Shown in pieces: positions 1 to 9,445 of a stretch of 53,284 nt of DNA. The notes below the pieces were generated by a model. The model saw nothing but the letters and a program-made list of their open reading frames with translations, searched no databases and was not told the DNA's origin. The translations under genes and the position numbers were made by a program. The DNA is from Armatimonadota bacterium (GTDB taxonomy: Bacteria > Sysuimicrobiota > Sysuimicrobiia > Sysuimicrobiales > Humicultoraceae): positions 1 through 53,284 of the forward strand of contig JBQTJG010000551.1 of NCBI GenBank assembly GCA_052387355.1, read 5' to 3'. Numbering within the stretch: the stretch's first letter is position 1; each line of letters begins with the position of its first letter.

Positions 1-768
1 CTGGGATTCGGCGAGGTCATCCGGGTCCTGGCGAACAACCTCGACAAACCGATCAACTTCACCAATGGTCCGATTGGGATCACGCCGGTCGGACGGCCGC
101 CGCTGTTCTTTACGCCGGTGCTGGAGAGGCTGGGCCTGACGACCGCGCCCGCGATTCTCTACCCGCTCTACTTCTACTTCCTCGTCCTCCTCGTGGTCGC
201 GATCGTGATCGTGGTGACCCAGCGCTTCAAGGATTCGCACATCGGCCGCGCCTGGGAGGCCATCCGCGAGGACGAGGCCGCCGCGATCGCCATGGGGATT
301 CCTCTGGTGCGCAGCAAGCTGCTGGCGTTCGCCGCGGGCGCGTCGTTCGCGGGCGCCATGGGCGTGCTGTTCGCCAGCAAGCAGCTCTTCATCAATCCCG
401 AGAGCTTCACGTTTCTGGAGTCGATCGGGGTGCTGGCCATGGTCATCATGGGCGGGATGGGGAGTATCCCGGGCGCCATCCTGGGCGCCAGCGCCGTGAC
501 CATTCTCAACCTTCAAGTGTTGAAACAGTTCTCGTTGACGCTCAACGCCTGGAAGTCTGCCGGAGTGACTATCCTGGGGTTCAGGCTGGCCGACCTGCCC
601 ACGCAGCTCGAGCCCGCGAAGTATGAACGCATGGTCTTCGGCATCATCCTGATCCTCATGATGATCTTCCGGCCGCAGGGGATCCTCCCGTCGTCACGCC
701 GGCGTATGGAGCTTAAGGAAGCGAAGGAGACAGCGGCCGAAGAGGCCGTGCCAGAGGGGAGCGCGTAG
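1..768 (+). CDS. livM: Branched-chain amino acid ABC transporter permease (5' truncated)
   Basis: Frame open from base 1 ([13 protein letters not shown]...TNGPIGI); [11 protein letters not shown] and [17 protein letters not shown] motifs; followed by livG and livF. Confidence 0.9.
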   Translation: MGFGEVIRVLANNLDKPINFTNGPIGITPVGRPPLFFTPVLERLGLTTAPAILYPLYFYFLVLLVVAIVIVVTQRFKDSHIGRAWEAIREDEAAAIAMGIPLVRSKLLAFAAGASFAGAMGVLFASKQLFINPESFTFLESIGVLAMVIMGGMGSIPGAILGASAVTILNLQVLKQFSLTLNAWKSAGVTILGFRLADLPTQLEPAKYERMVFGIILILMMIFRPQGILPSSRRRMELKEAKETAAEEAVPEGSA

Positions 769-769
769 C

Positions 770-1552
770 GTGGCCCTCTTCGAGGTTGTGGGCGTCACCA
801 AACGGTTCGGAGGCCTGGTCGCGGTCAATCGCGTCGACTTCACGCTCGACGAGGGCCTGATCGCCAGCATCATCGGACCGAATGGGGCTGGCAAGACCAC
901 GTTGTTTAACATCTTCACGGGCGTCTATCTGCCTGAGGAAGGCGCTGTGCAGTTCGACGGCCGGCCACTGGTCGGTCTGCGGCCGGATCAGATTACTGCG
1001 TTGGGGATGTGCCGCACCTTCCAGAATATCCGGTTGTTCGTCAACATGACGGTGTTGGAGAACATCCTCGTGGGCATGCATAGCCGGCTCGGATTGGGCG
1101 CGTTGGATGCGCTGCTGCGGACGCCCAAGTTCCATTCGGTCGAGGCCGCCGCCCTGCGCAGGGCTGGTGAACTGCTTCGATTGGTCGGACTGATCGGTCG
1201 TGGAAACGAGCTGGCCTCAAACCTTGCCTACGGCGATCAGCGCCGGCTGGAGATCGCACGGGCCCTGGCCAGCCAGCCCAAACTGCTCTTGCTGGACGAG
1301 CCGACCGCCGGCATGTCGCCCACGGAAGCGCAGACCCTGATGGGCTTCCTCCGGAGACTCCGCGGGGACCTGGGGGTGACGATCCTGCTGATCGAGCACA
1401 ACATGCGCGTGGTCATGGGCATCTCGGACCGCGTGACAGTGATCGACTACGGCGTGAAGATCGCCGAGGGGACACCGGCCCAGGTGCAGAACGACCCCAA
1501 GGTGATCGAGGCCTACCTCGGGAGCAGCAAGGGCATCGCGGCGGTGGGATAG
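770..1552 (+). CDS. livG: Branched-chain amino acid ABC transporter ATPase
   Basis: Walker [41 protein letters not shown]-terminal VIEAYLG. Confidence 0.93.
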   Translation: MALFEVVGVTKRFGGLVAVNRVDFTLDEGLIASIIGPNGAGKTTLFNIFTGVYLPEEGAVQFDGRPLVGLRPDQITALGMCRTFQNIRLFVNMTVLENILVGMHSRLGLGALDALLRTPKFHSVEAAALRRAGELLRLVGLIGRGNELASNLAYGDQRRLEIARALASQPKLLLLDEPTAGMSPTEAQTLMGFLRRLRGDLGVTILLIEHNMRVVMGISDRVTVIDYGVKIAEGTPAQVQNDPKVIEAYLGSSKGIAAVG

Positions 1553-1562
1553 GATCCGCCCG

Positions 1563-2273
1563 ATGGCGCTGCTTGCGATCGAAGACCTTCACGTCTACTA
1601 CGGGCATATCCATGCGTTGAGGGGCATCTCGCTCTCGGTGGACGAAGGCGAAGTCGTGGCGTTGCTCGGCAGCAACGGCGCCGGCAAGACCACGACGCTG
1701 CAGACGATCTCCGGTCTCCGCCGCGGGCGGCAGGGCACGGTGCGGCTGGCAGGCCACCGGATCGACGACCGTCCCCCTCATGAGATCGTCTCGCTCGGCA
1801 TCGGGCACGCACCCGAGGGACGCCGTATCTTCGGCCGGCTCACCGTCCTGGAGAATCTCGAGATGGGCGCCTTCCGCCGCACGGATGCCGACGGAATCAA
1901 GGCTGATCTGGACCGCGTGCTGACGCTCTTCCCGAGGCTGCGCGAGCGGCTCACGCAGGTCGCCGGGACCCTCTCCGGCGGCGAGCAGCAGATGCTCGCG
2001 ATGGGGCGCGCGCTGATGACGCGCCCGCGGGTGCTGCTGCTCGACGAACCGTCGATGGGTCTGGCGCCGGTGCTCGTCGAGCAGATCTTTCAGACAATCC
2101 GTGACATCAACTCGCAGGGCGGTACGGTGCTGCTCGTTGAGCAGAACGCCTTCATGGCGCTCTCCATCGCCCATCGCGCATACGTGCTGCAGACGGGAGA
2201 GATCACGCTTCAGGGCGCGGCAGCCGAGCTGCGCGAGAACCCCGACGTGAAGAAAGCCTACCTGGGCGGGTAG
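1563..2273 (+). CDS. livF: Branched-chain amino acid ABC transporter ATPase
   Basis: GSNGAGKTT, PEGRRIF, LSGGEQQMLAMGRALM, LLLDEPSMGLAP. Confidence 0.93.
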   Translation: MALLAIEDLHVYYGHIHALRGISLSVDEGEVVALLGSNGAGKTTTLQTISGLRRGRQGTVRLAGHRIDDRPPHEIVSLGIGHAPEGRRIFGRLTVLENLEMGAFRRTDADGIKADLDRVLTLFPRLRERLTQVAGTLSGGEQQMLAMGRALMTRPRVLLLDEPSMGLAPVLVEQIFQTIRDINSQGGTVLLVEQNAFMALSIAHRAYVLQTGEITLQGAAAELRENPDVKKAYLGG

Positions 2274-2319
2274 GGCCGAACGACTCTTCGGAGGAATACC
2301 GCAGATCGAACGGATACCG

Positions 2320-4062
2320 TCAATCCCCGTCGCGGGGCAGGGTGAACGTAAACGTCGTCCCCGCCCCGGGCGAACTCGCGACGCGGATCCTGCCGCCGTG
2401 CGCTTCCACGATGTGCTTGGTGATCGCCAGGCCCAACCCGCTGCCGCCCGGGACTGCGGGGCGGGCGCGGTCGGCCTTGTAAAACCGCTCGAAGACGTGC
2501 GGCAGGTCGGCGGGGGAGATGCCGGGTCCGCTGTCGGCGACAGTCACCTCCACTTCGCCGTTCGAGGAGCGCCAGCCGACGGCGATGTGCCCACCGTCGG
2601 GTGTGAACTTGATCGCGTTGTCCAGCAGATTCGTGAGCACCTGTTCGAGTCGGTCGCGGTCGGCCAGCACGACGATGTCGGCCTCCGTCGGCCGCAACTG
2701 CAACTGCCGGCCCGCGGCCAGCGGCCGCATCTTCGTGACCATGTCGGCCACGAGATCGCCGACCCGCACCTGTCCCAGCTCGAGGCTGATCCGCTTGCTC
2801 TCGAGGCTGGACAGATCCAGCAGGTCGTCGACGAGTTTCACCAGGCGGTTCGCCTCTTTGTCGATGATCTCGAGGAAGTGCCGGCTGGTCTTCTCATCGT
2901 CCAGGGCGCCGCCAAGCAGCGTCTCGGCGAATCCCTTGATCGAGGTCAGGGGGGTCCGCAGCTCGTGCGAGACATTCGCCGTCAACTCGCGCCGCGCCCG
3001 TTCGAGCCGGCGTAGATCCGTGACGTCGCGCAGCACGGCGACCGCGCCCATGGGCGTCCCGCCCTCGCCCTGGATGGGCGCACAGTGGACCTCGACCAGG
3101 CGATCGCCAGTCTCGGATGGCGGGAGCTCCTCGGCGCACACCCGCCCATAGGTGGCCGCCTCATCGAGCATGGCGCGCAGCCGCGGTCCGGCGACGCGAG
3201 ATCGGGTCGCGGCCCCCGACGTGGCCGCAGGCCAGTCAAGCAGTTCGACCGCAGCGCGGTTGGCCAGGATTACCCCGCCGTCCCGGTTCGTGGCGATCAT
3301 TCCATCCACCATGCCGGCCACGACCGCGGCCAGCTTCGTTTGCTCCGCGGAGAGTGAGGTGATGGTCGAGCGCAGGCGATCGGCCATGCGATTGAACATC
3401 TCGCCCAGTCGCCCGATCTCGTCAGGCCCACGCGGCCGGACCGCCCGGTTGAGATCGCCGGCGCTCATCTCGGCCGCGACGTGCGTCAGCTCATCGATCG
3501 GCTCCACCAGGCTGCGCGCCAGCCGAGCGCCTAACATCCAGGCCACGAGCAGGCCGATCGCCAGCGCGATGCCGAGTTGCGGAATCATCCGCCGCAGTTG
3601 CGCCCAGACCCAGCCCGTCGGCACCGAGATGTGGACGATGGCCACGGGCACGCCCCGCAGCATCACCGGGGCGGCGGCAAACACCCGTTCTTGGCCTGTT
3701 GCCGTGTCGGCGCGCACGGACGGGCCAGCGTCGCCCCGGGCCGCCATCTGCAGCTCGGGCGACGCGGCGGCTCCCATCCCGGCGACCGCAGGAGTACCCA
3801 GCACGTTGATGGTCGCGTCCGGCCTCCAGCGAAACTCCTGGGCCAGGCGCTCCAGACGGGCCGGCGTCACTTCTCCTTCGAGGGCGTACTGTTGGAGCAT
3901 GCGGCCGATGAGCCGCGCCTGCGTGAGGATGACTGACCGGTACGTCGTCATGTACTGCGCCTGCAGCCGCCAGGTGACGAACGTCGCCACCAGGACCAGG
4001 CAGATCGACACCAGCAGCACGTATGAGGTCATGAGCCGAGCGCGGATCGATCGGCCGCTCAT
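2320..4062 (-). CDS. Membrane sensor histidine kinase (PhoR/WalK-like; 2 TM, HAMP, PAS, HisKA, HATPase)
   Basis: H-box VSHELRTPLTSIKG, N-box NLLDNAIKF, G1 DSGPGI, F-box FERFYK, G2 GSGLGLAI. Confidence 0.93.
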   Translation of the reverse strand: MSGRSIRARLMTSYVLLVSICLVLVATFVTWRLQAQYMTTYRSVILTQARLIGRMLQQYALEGEVTPARLERLAQEFRWRPDATINVLGTPAVAGMGAAASPELQMAARGDAGPSVRADTATGQERVFAAAPVMLRGVPVAIVHISVPTGWVWAQLRRMIPQLGIALAIGLLVAWMLGARLARSLVEPIDELTHVAAEMSAGDLNRAVRPRGPDEIGRLGEMFNRMADRLRSTITSLSAEQTKLAAVVAGMVDGMIATNRDGGVILANRAAVELLDWPAATSGAATRSRVAGPRLRAMLDEAATYGRVCAEELPPSETGDRLVEVHCAPIQGEGGTPMGAVAVLRDVTDLRRLERARRELTANVSHELRTPLTSIKGFAETLLGGALDDEKTSRHFLEIIDKEANRLVKLVDDLLDLSSLESKRISLELGQVRVGDLVADMVTKMRPLAAGRQLQLRPTEADIVVLADRDRLEQVLTNLLDNAIKFTPDGGHIAVGWRSSNGEVEVTVADSGPGISPADLPHVFERFYKADRARPAVPGGSGLGLAITKHIVEAHGGRIRVASSPGAGTTFTFTLPRDGD

Positions 4063-4781
4063 GTCCGCACCTTCTGCCGGGATGGTTCGAGACGGCGCAG
4101 CTTGTAGCCGACCCCGCGGACGGTGACGATATACGTGGGACGCGCCGGATCGTCCTCGATCTTCTCCCGGAGCCGGCTGACGTGCATGTCCACCGTCCGC
4201 GTGGTGCCGTAGAAATCGTGTCCCCAGAGGTGCTCGAGGAGGAAATCCCTGGTGAAGACCCGGTCGGGATGCCGCATCAGCAAGCGCAGCAGCTCAAACT
4301 CCCGCGCCGTCAACTCGACCGGACGGCCCTGAAGGGTCACCTCGTGCATGACCGGATCGAGATGCAGCCCGCCGACGTGGACAGGCTCCTGAGTGGGCGG
4401 GGACACCTCACGCACGCGGCGCCGCAGCACCGCGCGCACGCGCGCCACCAGTTCCCGCGGGCTGAATGGCTTTGTCACATAGTCATCGGCGCCGAGTTCG
4501 AGGCCGACCACGCGCTCCAACTCGCCGCCCTTCGCCGTCAGCATGATGATCGGGATCGCGGATTCTCGGCGCAGCCTCCGGCAGACTTCGAGACCGTCGG
4601 TGCCCGGGAGCATGATATCAAGCACGATGAGATCAGGCCGCTCGGTGCGGACCTTGGCCAGCGCCGCCTCCCCATCACCCGCGGCCGCGACGTCGTAGCC
4701 TTCTTGGAGGAGGTTGTACCGCACCAGTTCAACGATGTGCGGCTCGTCATCGACCACGAGGATTCTGGGAGGGGAGGCCAC
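4059..4781 (-). CDS. OmpR/PhoB-family response regulator
   Basis: ILVVDDE, LDIMLP, MLTAK, GADDYVTKPFS; winged helix RTVDMHVSRLREK and TVRGVGY; 4-bp overlap with the kinase. Confidence 0.95.
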   Translation of the reverse strand: MASPPRILVVDDEPHIVELVRYNLLQEGYDVAAAGDGEAALAKVRTERPDLIVLDIMLPGTDGLEVCRRLRRESAIPIIMLTAKGGELERVVGLELGADDYVTKPFSPRELVARVRAVLRRRVREVSPPTQEPVHVGGLHLDPVMHEVTLQGRPVELTAREFELLRLLMRHPDRVFTRDFLLEHLWGHDFYGTTRTVDMHVSRLREKIEDDPARPTYIVTVRGVGYKLRRLEPSRQKVRT

Positions 4782-5186
4782 CTACATCACCAGGCGTATT
4801 TCGCCACCAATCCATCCGGTGTAGGAGATCAATCCTGCGCCGATGATCAGGAGGACCGCGATCCATCCCCGGCTGATGTCCGGCCGGCGCCACCGCGCCA
4901 CAAAGTTCGCGGCGTAGATGAGGGTGGCCGAATAGGCGATCAGCGAATGCACTCGATGCCGGTTGATGAACGCCGGTCCCATATCGTCGGGCTTCACCGC
5001 GACGTAGTCGACGAACCCTGCGCCGATCGACACCGCGGCCCCGAGCAGCCCGAGACCGATCAGGAACTGCGAGGCGCGGAAGTAGAACCGCTCGCCTCGA
5101 CGTAGATACAGGAGGTCAAAGAGCGCGCTCGTCAACCACAGCGCGATCGGAAAATGAACGACCAACGGATGAACAAGGAACGGCAT
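4782..5186 (-). CDS. DUF2231-like small integral membrane protein
   Basis: HPLVVHFPIAL N-terminus, about 4 hydrophobic segments, GWIGGE C-terminal motif; GGAGG RBS upstream. Confidence 0.75.
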   Translation of the reverse strand: MPFLVHPLVVHFPIALWLTSALFDLLYLRRGERFYFRASQFLIGLGLLGAAVSIGAGFVDYVAVKPDDMGPAFINRHRVHSLIAYSATLIYAANFVARWRRPDISRGWIAVLLIIGAGLISYTGWIGGEIRLVM

Positions 5187-5282
5187 ACGGCCTCCGGGTC
5201 AAGCGAATAGGCCCAGAATCGGCCTGCTTTTGGGCACCTCACTTCGGCCTCACCAGGAGGGCTCCTGCAGTATCCAGGCGGT

Positions 5283-5301
5283 CTGTCACGCTCTCGTAAC
5301 G
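5283..5301. promoter_or_regulatory. Candidate OmpR/PhoB-type direct-repeat box
   Basis: GTCAC (5285) and GTAAC (5296) at 11-bp period, pho-box-like; GATACT -10-like hexamer about 10 nt downstream on the minus strand. Confidence 0.4.
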
Positions 5302-5338
5302 TGTCCGCACCCGACGCCGCAGGAGTCGGCGACGAGGA

Positions 5339-6559
5339 GTGTCGAAGCCATCACGCGTGATCCACGCCGGAAGCGCGCAACAACAGACACCGCTGTCGTT
5401 CGTCGACGACGAGCTGCTGGAGCTGCGCGCGAAGGGGCTCTGGCGGTGGCCGCGTCTGCTCGAGGGGCCCCAGGGTCCCATTGCGCGGTACGATGGCAAA
5501 GAGGTCATCAATCTCTGCTCGAATAACTATCTCGGTCTGGCAAACCATCCGGCCCTCAAGGCCGCAGCGCTGGAGGCCGTCGCCACCGACGGTGTGGGGC
5601 CGGGCGCGGTACGGACGATCGCCGGCAACATGGCGATCCACCAGCGGCTTGAGACCGACCTGGCGGCGTTCAAGCACACCGAGGCCGTGCTGCTCTATCA
5701 GTCGGGATTCACGGCGAACGCCGGGAGCGTCGCGGCGCTACTCGGCAAAGACGATGTGGTGGTCAGCGACGAGCTGAATCATGCGAGCATCATCGACGGC
5801 TGCCGCCTCTCGGGCGCCGAGAAGAAGATTTTTTCCCACAAAGACGTGGCCGCTGCCCGTCGCATGCTGGCCGAGTCGCGCCAGGCGCGCCGGGTCTTGC
5901 TGATCACGGACGGGGTCTTCAGCATGGACGGCGACATTGCCCCCCTGCCCGATCTTGTCAAGGCCGCGGAGGAGTTCGGCGCGATCATGATGGTCGACGA
6001 CGCCCATGCGAGCGGTGTGGTGGGCCGCGACGGCCGCGGGACCGTCGATCACTTCGGGCTCCACGGCCGTGTGCATATCCAGGTGGGCACGCTGTCCAAG
6101 GCGTTCGCCGGGCTCGGGGGATACGTGGCCGGGAGCCGGCCCCTCATCGACTACCTGATGCATCGGGCCAGGCCGCTGTTGTTCTCGACCTCACACCCCC
6201 CGTCGGTCGCGGCCTCGGCGCTGGCTGCCGTGCGCCTGGTGCAGGAGGACCCGGCGCTGATCTCGCGGCTGTGGGAGAACACGCGGTTCTTCAAAGACGG
6301 ATTGCGCCGGCTCGGGTTCGACACCGGGATGAGCGAGACGCCGATTACACCTGTGATCGTCGGCGACGAGGCCCGTGCGATGGACCTCTCGGACCGCCTG
6401 TTCGAGGAAGGGGTCTTCGCGCTCGGCCTCGCCTTCCCCACCGTTCCGCGCGGGCGGGCCCGCGTTCGGACGATCGTCACCGCGGCACACACCACGGAGC
6501 ATCTCGATCGGGCGCTCCAGGCGTTTGCCCGCGCTGGTCGCACCGTCGGGGTGATGTAG
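5339..6559 (+). CDS. kbl: Glycine C-acetyltransferase / 8-amino-7-oxononanoate synthase family PLP enzyme
   Basis: CSNNYLGLA, SDELNHASIIDG, DGVFSMDGD, DDAH, GTLSKA (PLP Lys); exact start uncertain. Confidence 0.8.
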   Translation: MSKPSRVIHAGSAQQQTPLSFVDDELLELRAKGLWRWPRLLEGPQGPIARYDGKEVINLCSNNYLGLANHPALKAAALEAVATDGVGPGAVRTIAGNMAIHQRLETDLAAFKHTEAVLLYQSGFTANAGSVAALLGKDDVVVSDELNHASIIDGCRLSGAEKKIFSHKDVAAARRMLAESRQARRVLLITDGVFSMDGDIAPLPDLVKAAEEFGAIMMVDDAHASGVVGRDGRGTVDHFGLHGRVHIQVGTLSKAFAGLGGYVAGSRPLIDYLMHRARPLLFSTSHPPSVAASALAAVRLVQEDPALISRLWENTRFFKDGLRRLGFDTGMSETPITPVIVGDEARAMDLSDRLFEEGVFALGLAFPTVPRGRARVRTIVTAAHTTEHLDRALQAFARAGRTVGVM

Positions 6560-6566
6560 GCTGGCC

Positions 6567-7811
6567 GTGCCCTCCAAGGCGTTCACCCGGTTGCTTGCGC
6601 CGGCCGAGGCGCGGGCTCGATATGCTGCGGCGCTTCGCCTGGCGCCTCGCGGCCATGAACTGGTACCCATCGACGCTGCGCTCGGCCGTGTCCTGGCGTC
6701 CGACATCGTCGCGTCGGTCGACCTCCCGCCGTTTGAGCGTTCAGCCGTCGACGGTTGGGCCGTGCGCGCGCAGGACACAGAGGGCGCCACGCACGACGGG
6801 CCGGTGAGCCTGCGGACCGTGGGTGAGGTGCGCATGGGCGCGCAGGCGGAGGCACGGGTCGAGCCCGGCGGCGCAGTGCGCATTCCCACCGGGGGAATGC
6901 TGCCTGGCGGCGCAGACGCGATTGTCATGCAGGAGTACGCCGATCTCGACCGCGACGGCCTGCGCGTGCGACGCGCGGCGCGGACGGGCGACAACGTGGT
7001 GGCGCGCGGCGTTGACGTTCGCGCCGGCGAGACAGTCCTTCGGCGTGGCCGGCGCCTGCGTCCCTCGGATCTCGGCGTGCTCGCAGGTGAGGGCCTGGAC
7101 CAAGTGCGCGTCGTGCTCCCGCCACGGGTGGCGATCATGGCGACGGGCGATGAAGTGGTGGCGCCGGGCCAGCCGCTTCGCCCGGGCCGCGTTCGGGACA
7201 TGAATAGTGTGTCACTGGCCGGCGCAGTTCGCGTGGCCGGCGGGCTCCCGACGTTGTGCGGCATCATCGCCGACGAACGCGGCGCCGTTGAAACAGCGCT
7301 GCGTCGCGCCATTGCCGATCACGACATGGTGCTGGTCTCAGGCGGGTCGTCGGTCGGAGACCGCGACGTGGTGGCCGAGGTGATCGGCGCCCTCGGCCCG
7401 CCGGGCACCATCGTCCACGGCATTGCCGTGCGGCCTGGCAAGCCGACAGTCCTCGCCGCCGCCGGTCCCGTGGCGGTCATCGGGCTGCCCGGGAATCCTG
7501 TCTCGGCGCTCGTAATCTTCGACATCTTCGCCCGACCGGTGCTGGAGGAGATGCTGGGGCTCGATCCTCACTCGAAGCCGTGGGAAGTCGTGCGGGCCAG
7601 GCTCGCATCACCTCTCCCCGGAGCCGGCGAGCGTGAAGATCACCGGCGGGTACGGCTCGAGTCACAACCGGAGGGTCTGTCGGCCGTGCCGCTACCCGCA
7701 AGTTCCCAGATCCTCACGTCACTGGTGAACGCCGACGGTATCGTGGTGGTTCCGCCGGGCCCCGGATTCGGCGAGGGGGACGAGGTCGAGGTCCGCCTGA
7801 TCGCAGGATGA
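6567..7811 (+). CDS. moeA: Molybdopterin molybdotransferase
   Basis: PPFERSAVDGWAV, TGGMLPGGADAIVMQE, SGGSSVG, RPGKP, GLPGNPVS. Confidence 0.93.
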   Translation: MPSKAFTRLLAPAEARARYAAALRLAPRGHELVPIDAALGRVLASDIVASVDLPPFERSAVDGWAVRAQDTEGATHDGPVSLRTVGEVRMGAQAEARVEPGGAVRIPTGGMLPGGADAIVMQEYADLDRDGLRVRRAARTGDNVVARGVDVRAGETVLRRGRRLRPSDLGVLAGEGLDQVRVVLPPRVAIMATGDEVVAPGQPLRPGRVRDMNSVSLAGAVRVAGGLPTLCGIIADERGAVETALRRAIADHDMVLVSGGSSVGDRDVVAEVIGALGPPGTIVHGIAVRPGKPTVLAAAGPVAVIGLPGNPVSALVIFDIFARPVLEEMLGLDPHSKPWEVVRARLASPLPGAGEREDHRRVRLESQPEGLSAVPLPASSQILTSLVNADGIVVVPPGPGFGEGDEVEVRLIAG

Positions 7812-8296
7812 AACGACTCACGCACGTAGACCGCTCAGGCCGGGCCCGGATGGTCGATGTGTCGGCCAAACTGCCGACCTCGCGTGAGGCGGTGGCCCGC
7901 GGCATGGTGCACATGCGGCCCGCGACGCTGGCCCTGATCCAGTCGAACCGCGTGGCGAAGGGCGACGTGCTCACCATCGCCCAGGTTGCCGGCGTCATGG
8001 CGGCCAAGCGGACTGCTGAACTGATCCCGCTCTGCCATCCGATTCCCTTGACGGACGTGCAGGTGCGCGTGGCGCCCGATCCCCAGGCCGTGGGTGTGAC
8101 GATCGAGGCGACGGCGCGCACCGTGGGGCCGACCGGCGTCGAGATGGAAGCGTTGGTCGCGGCCACGGTCGCTGCGCTGACGATCTATGACATGTGCAAG
8201 GCGGTCGACCGCGAGATGACCATCGACCAGATCCGGCTGGTGCACAAGCGCGGCGGCCGCAGCGGGACGTACACCCGTTCGGGAGAGGTCGAGTGA
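7808..8296 (+). CDS. moaC: Cyclic pyranopterin monophosphate synthase
   Basis: LTHVD...MVDVSAK, LIPLCHP, TGVEMEAL, YDMCKAVD. Confidence 0.95.
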   Translation: MKRLTHVDRSGRARMVDVSAKLPTSREAVARGMVHMRPATLALIQSNRVAKGDVLTIAQVAGVMAAKRTAELIPLCHPIPLTDVQVRVAPDPQAVGVTIEATARTVGPTGVEMEALVAATVAALTIYDMCKAVDREMTIDQIRLVHKRGGRSGTYTRSGEVE

Positions 8297-8856
8297 CGGA
8301 AGAACGCCGCGGCGGCGCGGCAGAGAAGGGCCGCGCGTTCAGCGGCATCTCCGTCGCCGTGCTCACCCTCTCCGACACCGTGTCTCGCGGAGCGGGCCAC
8401 AATGCGAGCGGCGACGTGATCGTCGAGGCGCTCGTCACCAGGGGAGCCACCATCGTGCGGCGCGACGTGCTCGCCGACGATCGCGCGGCCATCAGCCAGG
8501 CCCTCGTGCGGTACGCTGATGAAGATGGGTTGGCGCTGGTCTTGACCACAGGCGGCAGCGGCCTGGCTCCTCGAGACGTGACGCCCGAAGCCACGCTGGC
8601 CATTGTCGACCGCCTGGCGCCTGGGTTCGTCGAGGCCGCCCGCGCGAAGACGTCGGCGAACACGCCGATGGCCATGTTGTCGCGCGCCGTGTCCGGTGTG
8701 CGCGGCGCGACGCTCATTATCAACCTGCCGGGAAGTCCACGGGCCGTACAAGAATGGCTGGAGGTGCTGCTGCCCGTCCTCCCCCACGCGGTCAGGACGC
8801 TTCGAGGATCAACCCTGCCCTGGGGGACGGCGCACCGCACGGAGATCGCCGAGTAG
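8293..8856 (+). CDS. moaB: Molybdopterin adenylyltransferase (MoaB/Mog)
   Basis: VLTLSD, TTGGSGLAPRDVTPEA, NLPGSP; GTG start overlaps the moaC stop (GTGA). Confidence 0.88.
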   Translation: MTEERRGGAAEKGRAFSGISVAVLTLSDTVSRGAGHNASGDVIVEALVTRGATIVRRDVLADDRAAISQALVRYADEDGLALVLTTGGSGLAPRDVTPEATLAIVDRLAPGFVEAARAKTSANTPMAMLSRAVSGVRGATLIINLPGSPRAVQEWLEVLLPVLPHAVRTLRGSTLPWGTAHRTEIAE

Positions 8857-8878
8857 AGATCCCCGAACAGGTGAGCGA

Positions 8879-9364
8879 ATGAACCTGACCCTTGTGCCGA
8901 TTGACAAACCCGAGAGCGTGAACGTCATCGTGGGGCAGTCCCACTTTATCAAGACCGTGGAGGATCTCCACGAGGCCCTGGTGACAGCGGTTCCCGGGAT
9001 CACATTCGGCCTGGCGTTCTGCGAGGCGAGCGGGAAGCGGCTCGTCCGCAGGAGCGGCACGGACGCAACCCTCACCGATCTGGCGGTCAAGAACGCGCTG
9101 GCCGTGGGCGCCGGGCATTTCTTCATTATCATGCTCGGCGAGGGGTTCTTCCCGATCAACGTGCTTCACGCGGTGAAGAGCTGCCCTGAAGTGGTGTGCC
9201 TGTTTGCGGCCACGGCAAATCCACTGAGGATCGTCGTGGCCGAGGAGGGCGAGCGCCGCGGGGTTCTGGGCGTGCTCGACGGTTTCAAGCCCGTAGGCGT
9301 GGAGGACGAGGCGGAGGTCACCTGGCGCAAGGATCTGCTGCGCAGGTTCGGCTACAAACTTTGA
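8879..9364 (+). CDS. DUF355 / adenosine-specific kinase family protein
   Basis: GQSHFIKTVEDL, FGLAFCEASG, ATANP, GVLDG motifs; ATG at 8879 rather than the ORF-track start. Confidence 0.8.
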   Translation: MNLTLVPIDKPESVNVIVGQSHFIKTVEDLHEALVTAVPGITFGLAFCEASGKRLVRRSGTDATLTDLAVKNALAVGAGHFFIIMLGEGFFPINVLHAVKSCPEVVCLFAATANPLRIVVAEEGERRGVLGVLDGFKPVGVEDEAEVTWRKDLLRRFGYKL

Positions 9365-9380
9365 GCGATCCGCGCCCGGC

Positions 9381-9410
9381 TTGACGATCCTTCGCGCAGG
9401 CCGATATAAT
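9381..9410 (+). promoter_or_regulatory. Sigma-70/sigma-A promoter of the T-box-ilvE-leuS transcript
   Basis: TTGACG (9381-9386), 18-nt spacer, TATAAT (9405-9410). Confidence 0.85.
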
Positions 9411-9445
9411 CGCGCTGTCGGGCTTTCCAGCCCGCACGCAATACA

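Noticed and set aside
5321-5347. AGGA-N19-GAAG as another sigma-H-like promoter for kbl
   Set aside because: Spacer is one base too long and it overlaps the probable RBS and start; left out of the motif set.
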